From NCBI GenBank assembly GCA_052145735.1, contig JBKQOA010000010.1:38169-102168 (forward strand): 64,000 nt of DNA, written 5' to 3'. A program made the translations under genes and the position numbers. Below, one piece after another: positions 18,002-26,016 of the stretch (the stretch's first letter is position 1; every line of letters begins with the position of its first letter). The notes under the pieces were generated by a model. It saw only the letters and a program-made list of their open reading frames with translations, was not told the origin of the DNA and made no database searches. Source of the stretch: Limisphaerales bacterium. GTDB lineage: Bacteria > Verrucomicrobiota > Verrucomicrobiia > Limisphaerales > UBA11358.

Positions 18002-19219
18002 TTATTTCAGTTCTCCGCGGGCTTTGGCTTCTGCTTGTGCCCGGCGAAGGCTCTGTTCATACAGTTGTTCGCCCCTGGCTTCCTGCGATGTTTCATCCAC
18101 CTGCCGCGGCAGCGATTGGATATGAAGGAACCGGCCGTCGAAGGCCGGGTCAATGGCCAGAATCCGTTTGGCCAGTGGCGGATGGGTGGCCTGAAAGTTG
18201 AACAGCGGATCGAAGGCCGAATTGACAAAGTACAAATGACTCGCGGATTCCGCGTGCGGCGTGTCGAGCCGGCCAGCTTTGTAAAGTCCGCCGATTTTTT
18301 TAAGCGCGCCCGCGATGCCCGCCGGGTTGCGCGTGAACTGCACCGCCGCCGCGTCAGCCAACCATTCACGCTCGCGGCAAATCAGACTCTTGATCAGGCG
18401 CACGAGCGGCGAACTGATGCCGCCGACGATCAAAAACAGAACGCCAATCGGCGCAGTCGGCAGGAAGGTGGGTTTTGCGTCTTCGTCGAAAATGGACGCG
18501 CCGATTTCCGGCGGTTGCGGCGAGCCGCGCAGCAAGACGCGCCCGACAATCGTCGGCCAGAAAAGTCCGTGCGCCAAGCCCATCAGTTTCAGGTTGAGCC
18601 GGGTGTCGCCGTTGAGCACGTGGCTGAACTCATGCGCGATGACGCCCTGCAGTTCGTCGCGCGTGAGCAATTTCAGCGCGCCGAAAGTGACGCCGATGAC
18701 CACGTCTTCGCGGGTGTGGCCGGCGGCGAAGGTGTTGATGCCGCGCTCGCGGTCGAGCACATAAATTCCCGGCACGGACATTCCGGAGGCGACGGCCATT
18801 TCCTCGACCACATCGCGCAATGTTTTTTCGGTCAGGTCGGAGGGGCTGGCTTCCAGCCGCCGGCCGCCCAGCAATTCCGCCACCGCCGGTCCGCCGGCGG
18901 CGAGCAGCCGGATTTTATAAAGGCAGCCCGCCGCAATCAAAAGCAGCGTGCCGATCGTGGTCCAGCAGAAAAGATGAGGATTCCAAAACCTTTCCAGAAC
19001 GTAGAGCGGATGAATCAATCCGTCCTGCCCCGGCGAAGCCGGGAAATCGTTGAAATAGCCGTAGAGACCGCTCTGCCATATGGGCTTGAGGAAAAACTGG
19101 AGGATGACGGCCAGAACGAGGTAGGTGAGGGCAACGACCACCAGCACGGCCGATCCAAAAAGCCAGATCAGCAGCCTGGTCTGCTTCCGCGCGTGTGCTT
19201 CCCGGTCAAAAAAGTCCAT
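18002..19219 (-). CDS. M48-family zinc metallopeptidase (membrane-anchored)
   Basis: ATG at 19219 (MDFFDREAHARKQ). Two N-terminal TM segments and the HEFSHV (HExxH) motif. Confidence 0.8.
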   Translation of the reverse strand: MDFFDREAHARKQTRLLIWLFGSAVLVVVALTYLVLAVILQFFLKPIWQSGLYGYFNDFPASPGQDGLIHPLYVLERFWNPHLFCWTTIGTLLLIAAGCLYKIRLLAAGGPAVAELLGGRRLEASPSDLTEKTLRDVVEEMAVASGMSVPGIYVLDRERGINTFAAGHTREDVVIGVTFGALKLLTRDELQGVIAHEFSHVLNGDTRLNLKLMGLAHGLFWPTIVGRVLLRGSPQPPEIGASIFDEDAKPTFLPTAPIGVLFLIVGGISSPLVRLIKSLICREREWLADAAAVQFTRNPAGIAGALKKIGGLYKAGRLDTPHAESASHLYFVNSAFDPLFNFQATHPPLAKRILAIDPAFDGRFLHIQSLPRQVDETSQEARGEQLYEQSLRRAQAEAKARGELK

Positions 19220-19275
19220 GGGCTGTTCTGGTTTGTAGCACAAGACCATCCGGCGCAAAACAATTTTGCGGAACG

Positions 19276-20034
19276 CTATTTCTTGCCGGCAAACTTCGCA
19301 AAAATCTGGTTGGCTTCTTCCAGAGTCTCCTTCGAGCCGATATCGAACCAAAGCCCCGGCACCCGCCAGGTGTAAACCGCCGTGCGCGGGTAAAGCCATT
19401 GCACCAGCCGGCCGGGCTGGTCGGGGTTGTTGCCCTCGGCGATGTATTGCTTGATGAGCGGAATGGTACCCTTCGGGTAAAAGTAAAGCGCGATGCCGGT
19501 GAGCGTGCTCGTCGGGTTTTTCGGTTTTTCCTCAAAGAAAGTGATGCGGCCGTCGGCGTCCGTGGAAATCGAGTTGTATTTTTTGATTTCCTCGAGGTTG
19601 CCCACGTCGTAGAGCGCCAGCACCGGCGCCTTCTTTTCGCGGCAGAATTTCCCGAATTCGCCGAGCTTCTCGCTGAACAGGTTGTCCCCGGCGACCACGA
19701 TCAAATCGTCGTCCACGTTCTGGGTTTTGAGGACGTAATGGATGTCGCCGATGGCGCCGAGCTTGTTGGTGTCGTCGGTCGAGCCGTCGTTGACGACGGT
19801 GAAGTCAAACTTGGATTTGGTGGCGCGGTAATGGTCGGCCCATTTCTGGAAATGGCCGGCAAACTTGGCGTTGGTGACGACGTAAACGCGGTCAATGCCG
19901 CTGATGGGGGCGAGGTTGTCGAGCACGTGCTCCACCATCGGCTTGCCGGCGACGGGCAGGAGCGGTTTGGGTTGCGTGAGGGTGAGGGGATACAGGCGCG
20001 TGGCGTAACCGGCGGCGAGAATGATGATTTTCAT
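19276..20034 (-). CDS. sugar-phosphate nucleotidyltransferase
   Basis: MKIIILAAGYATRLYPLTLTQPKPLLPVAGKPM is the canonical NTP_transferase N-terminus. 252 aa. Confidence 0.8.
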   Translation of the reverse strand: MKIIILAAGYATRLYPLTLTQPKPLLPVAGKPMVEHVLDNLAPISGIDRVYVVTNAKFAGHFQKWADHYRATKSKFDFTVVNDGSTDDTNKLGAIGDIHYVLKTQNVDDDLIVVAGDNLFSEKLGEFGKFCREKKAPVLALYDVGNLEEIKKYNSISTDADGRITFFEEKPKNPTSTLTGIALYFYPKGTIPLIKQYIAEGNNPDQPGRLVQWLYPRTAVYTWRVPGLWFDIGSKETLEEANQIFAKFAGKK

Positions 20035-20043
20035 TTTTTATTT

Positions 20044-20488
20044 AACCACGAATAAACACGAATGGACACGAATTAAAGAACAATTCTCTCCCACTCCAAT
20101 TTGGGATGCTTGAAATTTAAAATGACGCCGACGCGCAGCTTGGTGATCCGCAGATAATTCAACATCTGGCCGCGCTCCACATCCGTGATACGGTCAATCG
20201 TTTTCGCGTCAACATTAACGGCGTCAAAGGCAATCAAGTCCGGAATGAATTCGCTGATCTTACAACCCTTGTAAGCCATCGTGAATGATTTTTGTTGCTG
20301 GCAGGGGATATGGCGCACGCCAAATTCCACAACCAGTGCGTTCTCGTAAGGCTTTTCGTGGAAACCGTGACCGACCTGGTTCAAGACCTGCGATGGCAGC
20401 GCCAACAATTTGGAACACTTCTTCTTTCAACAACAGTTTGGTATTTTCCTTGAAATCCATTCGTGTTGATTCGTGTCCATTCGTGGTT
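20044..20488. mobile_element. small cassette bounded by inverted CACGAAT-repeat arms, carrying a GxxExxY gene
   Basis: Left end aaccacgaat-aaa-cacgaat-gga-cacgaat (20044-20073). The right end reverse complement reads aaccacgaat-gga-cacgaat-caa-cacgaat (20488-20459). The outermost 10 bp are perfect inverted repeats. The interior is visibly more AT-rich than the flanks. Confidence 0.35.
20073..20460 (-). pseudogene. GxxExxY-family (PD-(D/E)XK-like) protein, interrupted by a 1-nt frameshift
   Basis: Frame 1 from ATG 20460 gives MDFKENTKLLLKEEVFQIVGAAI. Frame 2 continues QVLNQVGHGFHEKPYENALVVEF...LNYLRITKLRVGVILNFKHPKLEWERIVL. Joined, they give the full family pattern with one extra base near 20391. 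Confidence 0.7.
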
Positions 20489-20492
20489 CAAT

Positions 20493-22271
20493 TCACGTTT
20501 TGTTTTCAAACAGGCTGGGGGCGGTGGCGCGGGCCAGTTCCTGGCAGCGCTGGTAAATTTCCAATGGCGATTCGCATTGCAGCGCAAATTCCGCCAGTGC
20601 CCGGGCCTCGCTCATTTTGAGCCGGCGGACGATATACTTCACCTGCGGGACGACGGACGGCGCGGCGCTCAATTCGTCCACGCCCAGGCCGATCAACAAT
20701 GGCGCGAGGACGGCGTCGCCCGCGATTTCGCCGCACACCCCGGTCCAGATGCCATGCTGATGCGAGGCGTCAACGGTTGTTTTGATCAGTTGCAGAATGG
20801 CCGGGTGTGTGGGCTCGTAGAGGTGGGAGACCCGTTCGTTCGTGCGGTCGGCGGCCAGCGTGTACTGGATCAAATCGTTGCTGCCGATGCTGAAAAATTT
20901 CACCCGCTGCGCCAGCGTGCCGGCAATCAGGGCGGCGGAGGGGATTTCAATCATCGCGCCGACGGCCATATTTTCGTCGAAGGGTTTGCCCTCGGCGCGC
21001 AACTCGCCCTTGCATTTTTCAACGATGGCGTTGGCCTGGTTCAATTCATCCAGGCCGGAAATCATCGGGTACATCATTTTCACATTGCCCTCGGCGCTGG
21101 CGCGGAGAATGGCGCGGAGTTGGGCGCGGAACAATTCGGGCTGGGCGAGGCAGAACCGGATCGCCCGCCAGCCGAGAAACGGGTTCATCTCCTGCGCCAA
21201 TTGCAGGTGCGAGGCAAATTTATCGCCGCCCAGGTCGAGGGTGCGGATGATGATCGAATTCGGTTTGAGCGCGACGGCGACCTCGCGGTAGACCTTATAT
21301 TGCTCCTCCTCGGTCGGCAGGCTGTCGCGGTTGATGAACAGGAATTCCGTGCGGAACAGGCCCACGCCCTCCGCGCCGTTCGCGATCACGGCCTCGATGT
21401 CGTTCTGATCCTCGATGTTGGCGGAGAGGTGGATGGGTTTGCCGTCCAGCGTGACCGCGGGTTGATTCTGGATTTCGCGGAGTTTCTCATCCAGGGACGC
21501 CTTGATTTTCGCCAGCTGACCGTATTCAAACAGCGTCTGATCGGTCGGGTTGACGATGACGGTGCCGTTGTAGCCGTCCAGCAGCGCGTAGTCGCCGCTG
21601 TCCAGTTCCTGGCTGGCCGTCTGCAGGCCGACGACGGCGGGGATGCCCAGCGACCGCGCCATGATGGCGGTATGCGAGGTTTTGCCGCCGATGTCCGTGG
21701 CAAAGCCCAGCACGAATTGCTTGTTCAATTGCGCGGTGGCGGACGGGCTGAGGTCGTGGCTGACGAGGATGCAGGGTTCGGTGAGATGATGCAGGTTCAG
21801 GGCGTCCTTCACCTCGAGCAGATTGTCCAGCACCCGCGACGTCAAATCGCGCATGTCGGCGGCGCGCTCGCGAAGATACTCATCGTTGGCCGCGAGGAGC
21901 GCCTGGGCGTAACGCTCGGCTATGGTGTGGAAGGCATGCTCGGCGTTGACCTTCTCCTCCTTGATCAGCCGGATGGCTTCGCCCACCAGGGCATGATCCT
22001 CCAGCATCAGCAGGTGCGCTTCAAAAATGTCCGCCTCCTTCGCGCCGAGGTTTTCCACGACCTTGCGCTGCACTTCCAGAATTTGCTGGCGGGTCTGGAC
22101 GAGCGCCTTTTCAAAACGGCCGGCCTCTCCGTCCACTTCGCCGGCTGAAAGCTCGCGCCTGGCGATGACGTGGCGGGCGCGGTGAAGCACGAGGATTTTT
22201 CCGCGACAAACGCCGTCGGAAACGGCAATGCCCCGAAGAATTTGTTCTCCCTTTTGGATCCGCTCGGCCAT
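20493..22271 (-). CDS. ptsI: phosphoenolpyruvate--protein phosphotransferase (PTS enzyme I)
   Basis: ATG at 22271 (MAERIQKGEQILRGIAVSDG). Phosphohistidine region GGKTSHTAIMARSLGIPAVVG and a C-terminal PEP-utilising TIM-barrel region. Confidence 0.92.
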   Translation of the reverse strand: MAERIQKGEQILRGIAVSDGVCRGKILVLHRARHVIARRELSAGEVDGEAGRFEKALVQTRQQILEVQRKVVENLGAKEADIFEAHLLMLEDHALVGEAIRLIKEEKVNAEHAFHTIAERYAQALLAANDEYLRERAADMRDLTSRVLDNLLEVKDALNLHHLTEPCILVSHDLSPSATAQLNKQFVLGFATDIGGKTSHTAIMARSLGIPAVVGLQTASQELDSGDYALLDGYNGTVIVNPTDQTLFEYGQLAKIKASLDEKLREIQNQPAVTLDGKPIHLSANIEDQNDIEAVIANGAEGVGLFRTEFLFINRDSLPTEEEQYKVYREVAVALKPNSIIIRTLDLGGDKFASHLQLAQEMNPFLGWRAIRFCLAQPELFRAQLRAILRASAEGNVKMMYPMISGLDELNQANAIVEKCKGELRAEGKPFDENMAVGAMIEIPSAALIAGTLAQRVKFFSIGSNDLIQYTLAADRTNERVSHLYEPTHPAILQLIKTTVDASHQHGIWTGVCGEIAGDAVLAPLLIGLGVDELSAAPSVVPQVKYIVRRLKMSEARALAEFALQCESPLEIYQRCQELARATAPSLFENKT

Positions 22272-22321
22272 GCGTGAGAAATAGACCAAATCGGCCGGTT
22301 TAGCAATTCCCTCTGCAAAAT

Positions 22322-22350
22322 AAAAAAACCCGCGCCAGGCGGGCTTTTTC
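22322..22350 (-). terminator. rho-independent terminator after efp
   Basis: The minus strand reads agaaaaagcccgcctggcgcgggttttttt, with GC stem cccgc/gcggg flanked by A- and T-runs (could act bidirectionally). Confidence 0.65.
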
Positions 22351-22383
22351 TCCCCATTCGAAATTCGGAATCCAATATTCCCG

Positions 22384-22941
22384 TCAGGCGCGTTCCATAT
22401 ACTTGCCGGTGCGCGTGTCCACCTTGATCTTCTCGCCGGTCTTGATAAACAACGGCACCTGCACGGTGATGCCGGTTTCGAGCGTCACCGGCTTTTGCAC
22501 GTTGTTCGACGAGTCGCCCCGAATGCCTTCCGGCGCGTCGGACACCGTCAACACCACGCTGGACGGCAATTCGATGGACACGGCCTTTTCCTCGACGAAG
22601 GTCACGGTCATCGAGGCATTCTCCACCAGATAATTCTTTGCGTCACCGACCAGTTCTGCCGCGAGCGTGACCGTTTCGTAGGTTTCTCCGTCGGTGAAAA
22701 CGTAATCGTCGCCGTCCTTGTAGCTGAATTCCATTTTTTTGGTGATCATGGGCACCGGCTCGATGCGCTCGGTGGAACTGAACCGCACGTCGGAGGATTT
22801 GCCGGTGCGGATGCTGCGGAGGGTGGCTTGCACGAAGGCGCGCAGGTTGCCTGGCGTGCGGTGCTGCATGTCCAGCACCACGGCAATATCGCCGTTGTAA
22901 TTGATCGCCATGCCGCGGCGGAGGTCGTTTGCTGTTGCCAT
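22384..22941 (-). CDS. efp: elongation factor P
   Basis: 185 aa. MATANDLRRGMAINYNGDIAVVLDMQHRTPGNLRAFVQ is the canonical EF-P N-terminus. Confidence 0.95.
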   Translation of the reverse strand: MATANDLRRGMAINYNGDIAVVLDMQHRTPGNLRAFVQATLRSIRTGKSSDVRFSSTERIEPVPMITKKMEFSYKDGDDYVFTDGETYETVTLAAELVGDAKNYLVENASMTVTFVEEKAVSIELPSSVVLTVSDAPEGIRGDSSNNVQKPVTLETGITVQVPLFIKTGEKIKVDTRTGKYMERA

Positions 22942-23094
22942 AGGTTCAAAAATAAGGTCCTACACTAAAATTCCCGGTCAACGGGAGCCGCAAAAAGTAA
23001 CCTAAAACCGGGTGAACGCAAGCGCGGTTTTGGGGAAACGGCGGGGAAAGGAGTTATTAACAATTAGCATTTATTTAACAACTCCGCCTTGACA

Positions 23095-23110
23095 CCACAA
23101 AATTTTGTAT
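23095..23110 (+). promoter_or_regulatory. NrdR-box-like palindrome 1
   Basis: ccACAAAATTTTGTat has a 12-bp perfect palindromic core. It matches most positions of the known NrdR-box pattern (acaCwAtATaTwGtgt) and overlaps a TTGACA hexamer at 23089-23094. Confidence 0.5.
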
Positions 23111-23125
23111 GTTACAAACGGGTGA

Positions 23126-23141
23126 CCACAATAAGCTGTGG
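23126..23141 (+). promoter_or_regulatory. NrdR-box-like palindrome 2
   Basis: CCACAATAAGCTGTGG has arms accaca/tgtggt. Its centre is 31 bp from the box 1 centre, and it ends 5 nt before the nrdR ATG. Confidence 0.45.
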
Positions 23142-23145
23142 TGTT

Positions 23146-23601
23146 ATGCGTTGCCCTAAATGTGGCTGTCAGGAAGATAAAGTCATTGATTCGCGCGCGT
23201 CACGCGAAGGGGCCACGATTCGGCGCCGCCGCGAGTGCACCAAATGCGGGCATCGGTTCACGACTTATGAGGAAGTGGAACGGGAAGGTTTGATGGTGCT
23301 CAAGCGCGATGGGCGGCATGAGGAATTGTCACGCGAGAAACTTCTGTCCGGAATCAAAAAAGCCTGCCAGAAGCGCCCCGTCAGTCCGAAAGCCATGGAA
23401 GATCTGGTAGATCACATTGTCGCTGCGGTGACCGGCAAATTCGAGGGCGAGGTGCCCGCCGAATTCATCGGCACAATGATCATGGACGGCCTGCGCGACA
23501 TTGACGAGGTGGCCTACGTGCGCTTTGCGAGTGTTTACCGCCGGTTTCAGGAAGCCACCGACTTCGTTCATGAGGTCAAAAAGCTGGAGGCCAAGCAATG
23601 A
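23146..23601 (+). CDS. nrdR: transcriptional repressor NrdR
   Basis: ATG at 23146. MRCPKCGCQEDKVIDSRASREGATIRRRRECTKCGHRFTTYE zinc ribbon plus an ATP-cone. Confidence 0.93.
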   Translation: MRCPKCGCQEDKVIDSRASREGATIRRRRECTKCGHRFTTYEEVEREGLMVLKRDGRHEELSREKLLSGIKKACQKRPVSPKAMEDLVDHIVAAVTGKFEGEVPAEFIGTMIMDGLRDIDEVAYVRFASVYRRFQEATDFVHEVKKLEAKQ

Positions 23602-24155
23602 TTGCGCTTCAATCCGGCTGCCTGCTTTTCCAACTGGCCAGCGGCGAGAGCGTGCCGTGCTCGGCGGAAATGATCTCCGTTGAACTGACCGGCAACGCCG
23701 AGGGCCTGCTTGACCCGGAGGTGTTGCGTCATGCCACGGCGTCCGTTTTTCACTATTTCAAGACCGAGCTCGAACGCGAATCCGTCACCGTGGGCGAATT
23801 CGCCCAGGCCCTGGAAAAGGTCCTGCGCAATCTTGGGTTTGTCATCCGCACCGGGACGATGGAAAACTGTTCGCGGGAAATCATCGAGACCGACCTTTGC
23901 CTGTTCGCGCGCGAATCCGCCAACAGCCTCGAGCTGTTTTTCTTTCCCCGCCTGCGCAACGAGCTCCGGACCCAGCTCCGCCAGTCGCCGCGCCTCCTGC
24001 GTTTTCGCGGCCTGCGCGGCTGTGTCAAGCAGCTCGCCGGCGCGCGGCGCTGGAGTCTCCGCTGCGAAAAGCTCCAGGACTACATCGTCGAATACCTGCG
24101 CCGTTGTCTCACCGCCGAACCGGAGCAGGCCGAATGTTCGTTGGTGGTGGAATAG
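23598..24155 (+). CDS. hypothetical protein, translationally coupled to nrdR
   Basis: 185-aa ORF whose ATG overlaps the nrdR stop (ATGA). No TM segment and no recognisable motif. Confidence 0.5.
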   Translation: MIALQSGCLLFQLASGESVPCSAEMISVELTGNAEGLLDPEVLRHATASVFHYFKTELERESVTVGEFAQALEKVLRNLGFVIRTGTMENCSREIIETDLCLFARESANSLELFFFPRLRNELRTQLRQSPRLLRFRGLRGCVKQLAGARRWSLRCEKLQDYIVEYLRRCLTAEPEQAECSLVVE

Positions 24156-24238
24156 ACAATTTCAGAGGGGTGAGTGCTGCGAGCCCCAAACTTTTTTGTG
24201 CAGGGCGGCGCGGAGGTCCGCCCTCCGGAAGAACAATT

Positions 24239-24583
24239 ATGAGCAAAACCCTGTTTGAAAAAATCGCCGCCCGGGAAATTCCCGCGACCATTGTTTATGA
24301 AGATGACCTGGTGTTCGCAGTGCGCGACATCAATCCCCAGGCGCCCAAGCACGTCTTGCTGGTGCCCAAAAAGCCCATCCCGCGCCTGGCCGGGGCCAAA
24401 CTGGAGGACGGCCCGTTGCTCGGGCATCTGTTGCTCAAAGCCGCCGAGGTCGCGGACAAGCTGGGGTTGAATGAGAACGGCTACCGGGTGGTCATCAACA
24501 ACGGCGAAGACGGCGGCGAGAGTGTGCCGCACCTGCACGTCCATATTCTCGGCGGACGCCACATGGCCTGGCCGCCGGGATGA
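24239..24583 (+). CDS. HIT-family (Hint-like) nucleotide hydrolase
   Basis: ATG at 24239. MSKTLFEKIAAREIPATIVYEDD...HLHVHILGG histidine triad. 114 aa. Confidence 0.9.
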   Translation: MSKTLFEKIAAREIPATIVYEDDLVFAVRDINPQAPKHVLLVPKKPIPRLAGAKLEDGPLLGHLLLKAAEVADKLGLNENGYRVVINNGEDGGESVPHLHVHILGGRHMAWPPG

Positions 24584-24592
24584 TTCAACTCA

Positions 24593-25918
24593 TCACACAA
24601 CCGGGTTGCGCAACCCCTTCCCCAGCCGCCGGATGCCTTCGCGGATGTCGGCCTCGCTCGCGTTGCCGAAGCTGAGGCGCATTTCGTGGTCCGGCTTTTT
24701 CCGCGCCGGGTCGTCCGCGTAGCAAATTTCACCCGGCACGTAGAGCACGTCGTTTCTCAGCGCGTTCCGGAAAACTTTTGATTTCACTCCCGCCGGCACG
24801 TGGCGCGGCAGCCGGGCCCAGAAATAAAGTCCGCCGGCCGGCTCCCACCATTCGACGGCCGGGGGAAGGTATTTTTCAATCGCCTGTTTCATCACGCGGG
24901 CCTTGTGCGCGTAACGCGTTTGCAGCTGGGCAACGTGTTTCCCGTAGCTTCCCGAGGCCAGGGCTTGGATGAAGAGCTGTTGCAACAGGTTCGCCGTGCC
25001 GAAATCGTGGTTGCCCTTGATGTGCTTCACGGTGGAAAACACCGGCTCGGGCAGGATGCCGTAGCCGACGCGGGCGCCGGTCGCAAACGGCTTGCTGAAC
25101 GTGCCCGCATAAATCACCCGCCCGGCCGCGCCGTGCAGCGTCAGCGCCGCCGGCACGTCCCGCCCGGCAAAACGCAATTCGCGGTACGCCGCGTCTTCGA
25201 GCAGGTAAATCGGGTGTCCCGCCGCGGGCTCGAATTGTTTCAGCAGCTTCAAAAGGCCGCGTTTTTTTTCGAAACCAGTTGTGACGCCGGTCGGGTTCTG
25301 AAAATAGCTGACGAGGTAGAGCATTTTGACACGGCGCAATTCACCACGGCGTTGGAGCGATTGCAAAACGCTTTCCAGGTGAGCGAGGTCAAGGCCGTCG
25401 CGTTCCAGACGGACGCCGCGCGCGCGCAGGCCCCGGCTTTGGAGAATGCCCAGAAAGACAAAGTAAGTCGGGTCTTCCACGAGCACGATATCGCCTTCGT
25501 CGCACAAGGCCTCGGTCGTCATGTAAAGCAATTGCTGCGAACCGCCGGTGATGAGCAGGCGCTCGGAGGAATAAATTTCGTCCTCGTTCTTCGTTCTCGT
25601 CCTCGATTTTTGTTCGGGGGACGAGGACGGGGAGGATTTCGCTGCTTGTGCATCCAGCTTCTGAAGATGCTCCGCCGTCAGTTTGCGCAGTGCCGGATCG
25701 CCGGCGGTGATGCCGTATTGCAACGCGGGCCGGCCGGTTTTGGACGAGCGCAAAACCCGGTTCAGCGCGGCCCGCGCCCCGGCCACGGGCAGGGAGGCGT
25801 TGTCGGTGAAGCCGGCGGCGAGCGAAATCAGCCGGGGCCGCGACAGGGCCGCGTGCATGAGCCACGAGATAGGCGGCTCAACAGTGCGTCGGCCCATTTG
25901 GGACAAACACGATTTCAT
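24593..25918 (-). CDS. PLP-dependent aminotransferase, class I/II
   Basis: ATG at 25918 (MKSCLSQMGRRTVEPPISWLMH). Contains SLAAGFTDN, ITGGSQQLL, YFQNPTGV and GTFSKPFATGARVGY motifs. The 548-aa track ORF is an upstream extension. Confidence 0.8.
   Translation of the reverse strand: MKSCLSQMGRRTVEPPISWLMHAALSRPRLISLAAGFTDNASLPVAGARAALNRVLRSSKTGRPALQYGITAGDPALRKLTAEHLQKLDAQAAKSSPSSSPEQKSRTRTKNEDEIYSSERLLITGGSQQLLYMTTEALCDEGDIVLVEDPTYFVFLGILQSRGLRARGVRLERDGLDLAHLESVLQSLQRRGELRRVKMLYLVSYFQNPTGVTTGFEKKRGLLKLLKQFEPAAGHPIYLLEDAAYRELRFAGRDVPAALTLHGAAGRVIYAGTFSKPFATGARVGYGILPEPVFSTVKHIKGNHDFGTANLLQQLFIQALASGSYGKHVAQLQTRYAHKARVMKQAIEKYLPPAVEWWEPAGGLYFWARLPRHVPAGVKSKVFRNALRNDVLYVPGEICYADDPARKKPDHEMRLSFGNASEADIREGIRRLGKGLRNPVV
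25575..25640. repeat. in-frame hairpin element (CGTCCTCG / CGAGGACG family) inside the aminotransferase gene
   Basis: cgtcctcg at 25579-25586 and 25598-25605. The complement cgaggacg at 25622-25629 gives an 8-bp perfect stem. Encodes SSPSSSPEQKSRTRTKNEDE. Shares tttcgtcctcgttct with 16569-16583. Confidence 0.7.
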
Positions 25919-26016
25919 CTGAAAAGGACGGAAAGGATAATCCAGGATCCGGAATTGAACAACAAAGGAACCAGGGAATACGTTCGGTAGCAACGGGCAC
26001 GCCCGTCGCAACCATT

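Noticed and set aside
23089-23117. A sigma70 promoter for nrdR (TTGACA at 23089 with a -10 near 23112).
   Set aside because: The -35 hexamer is perfect, but no convincing -10 lies at 16-18 nt (ttacaa or gttaca are poor matches). It is mentioned only as context for the NrdR-box finding.
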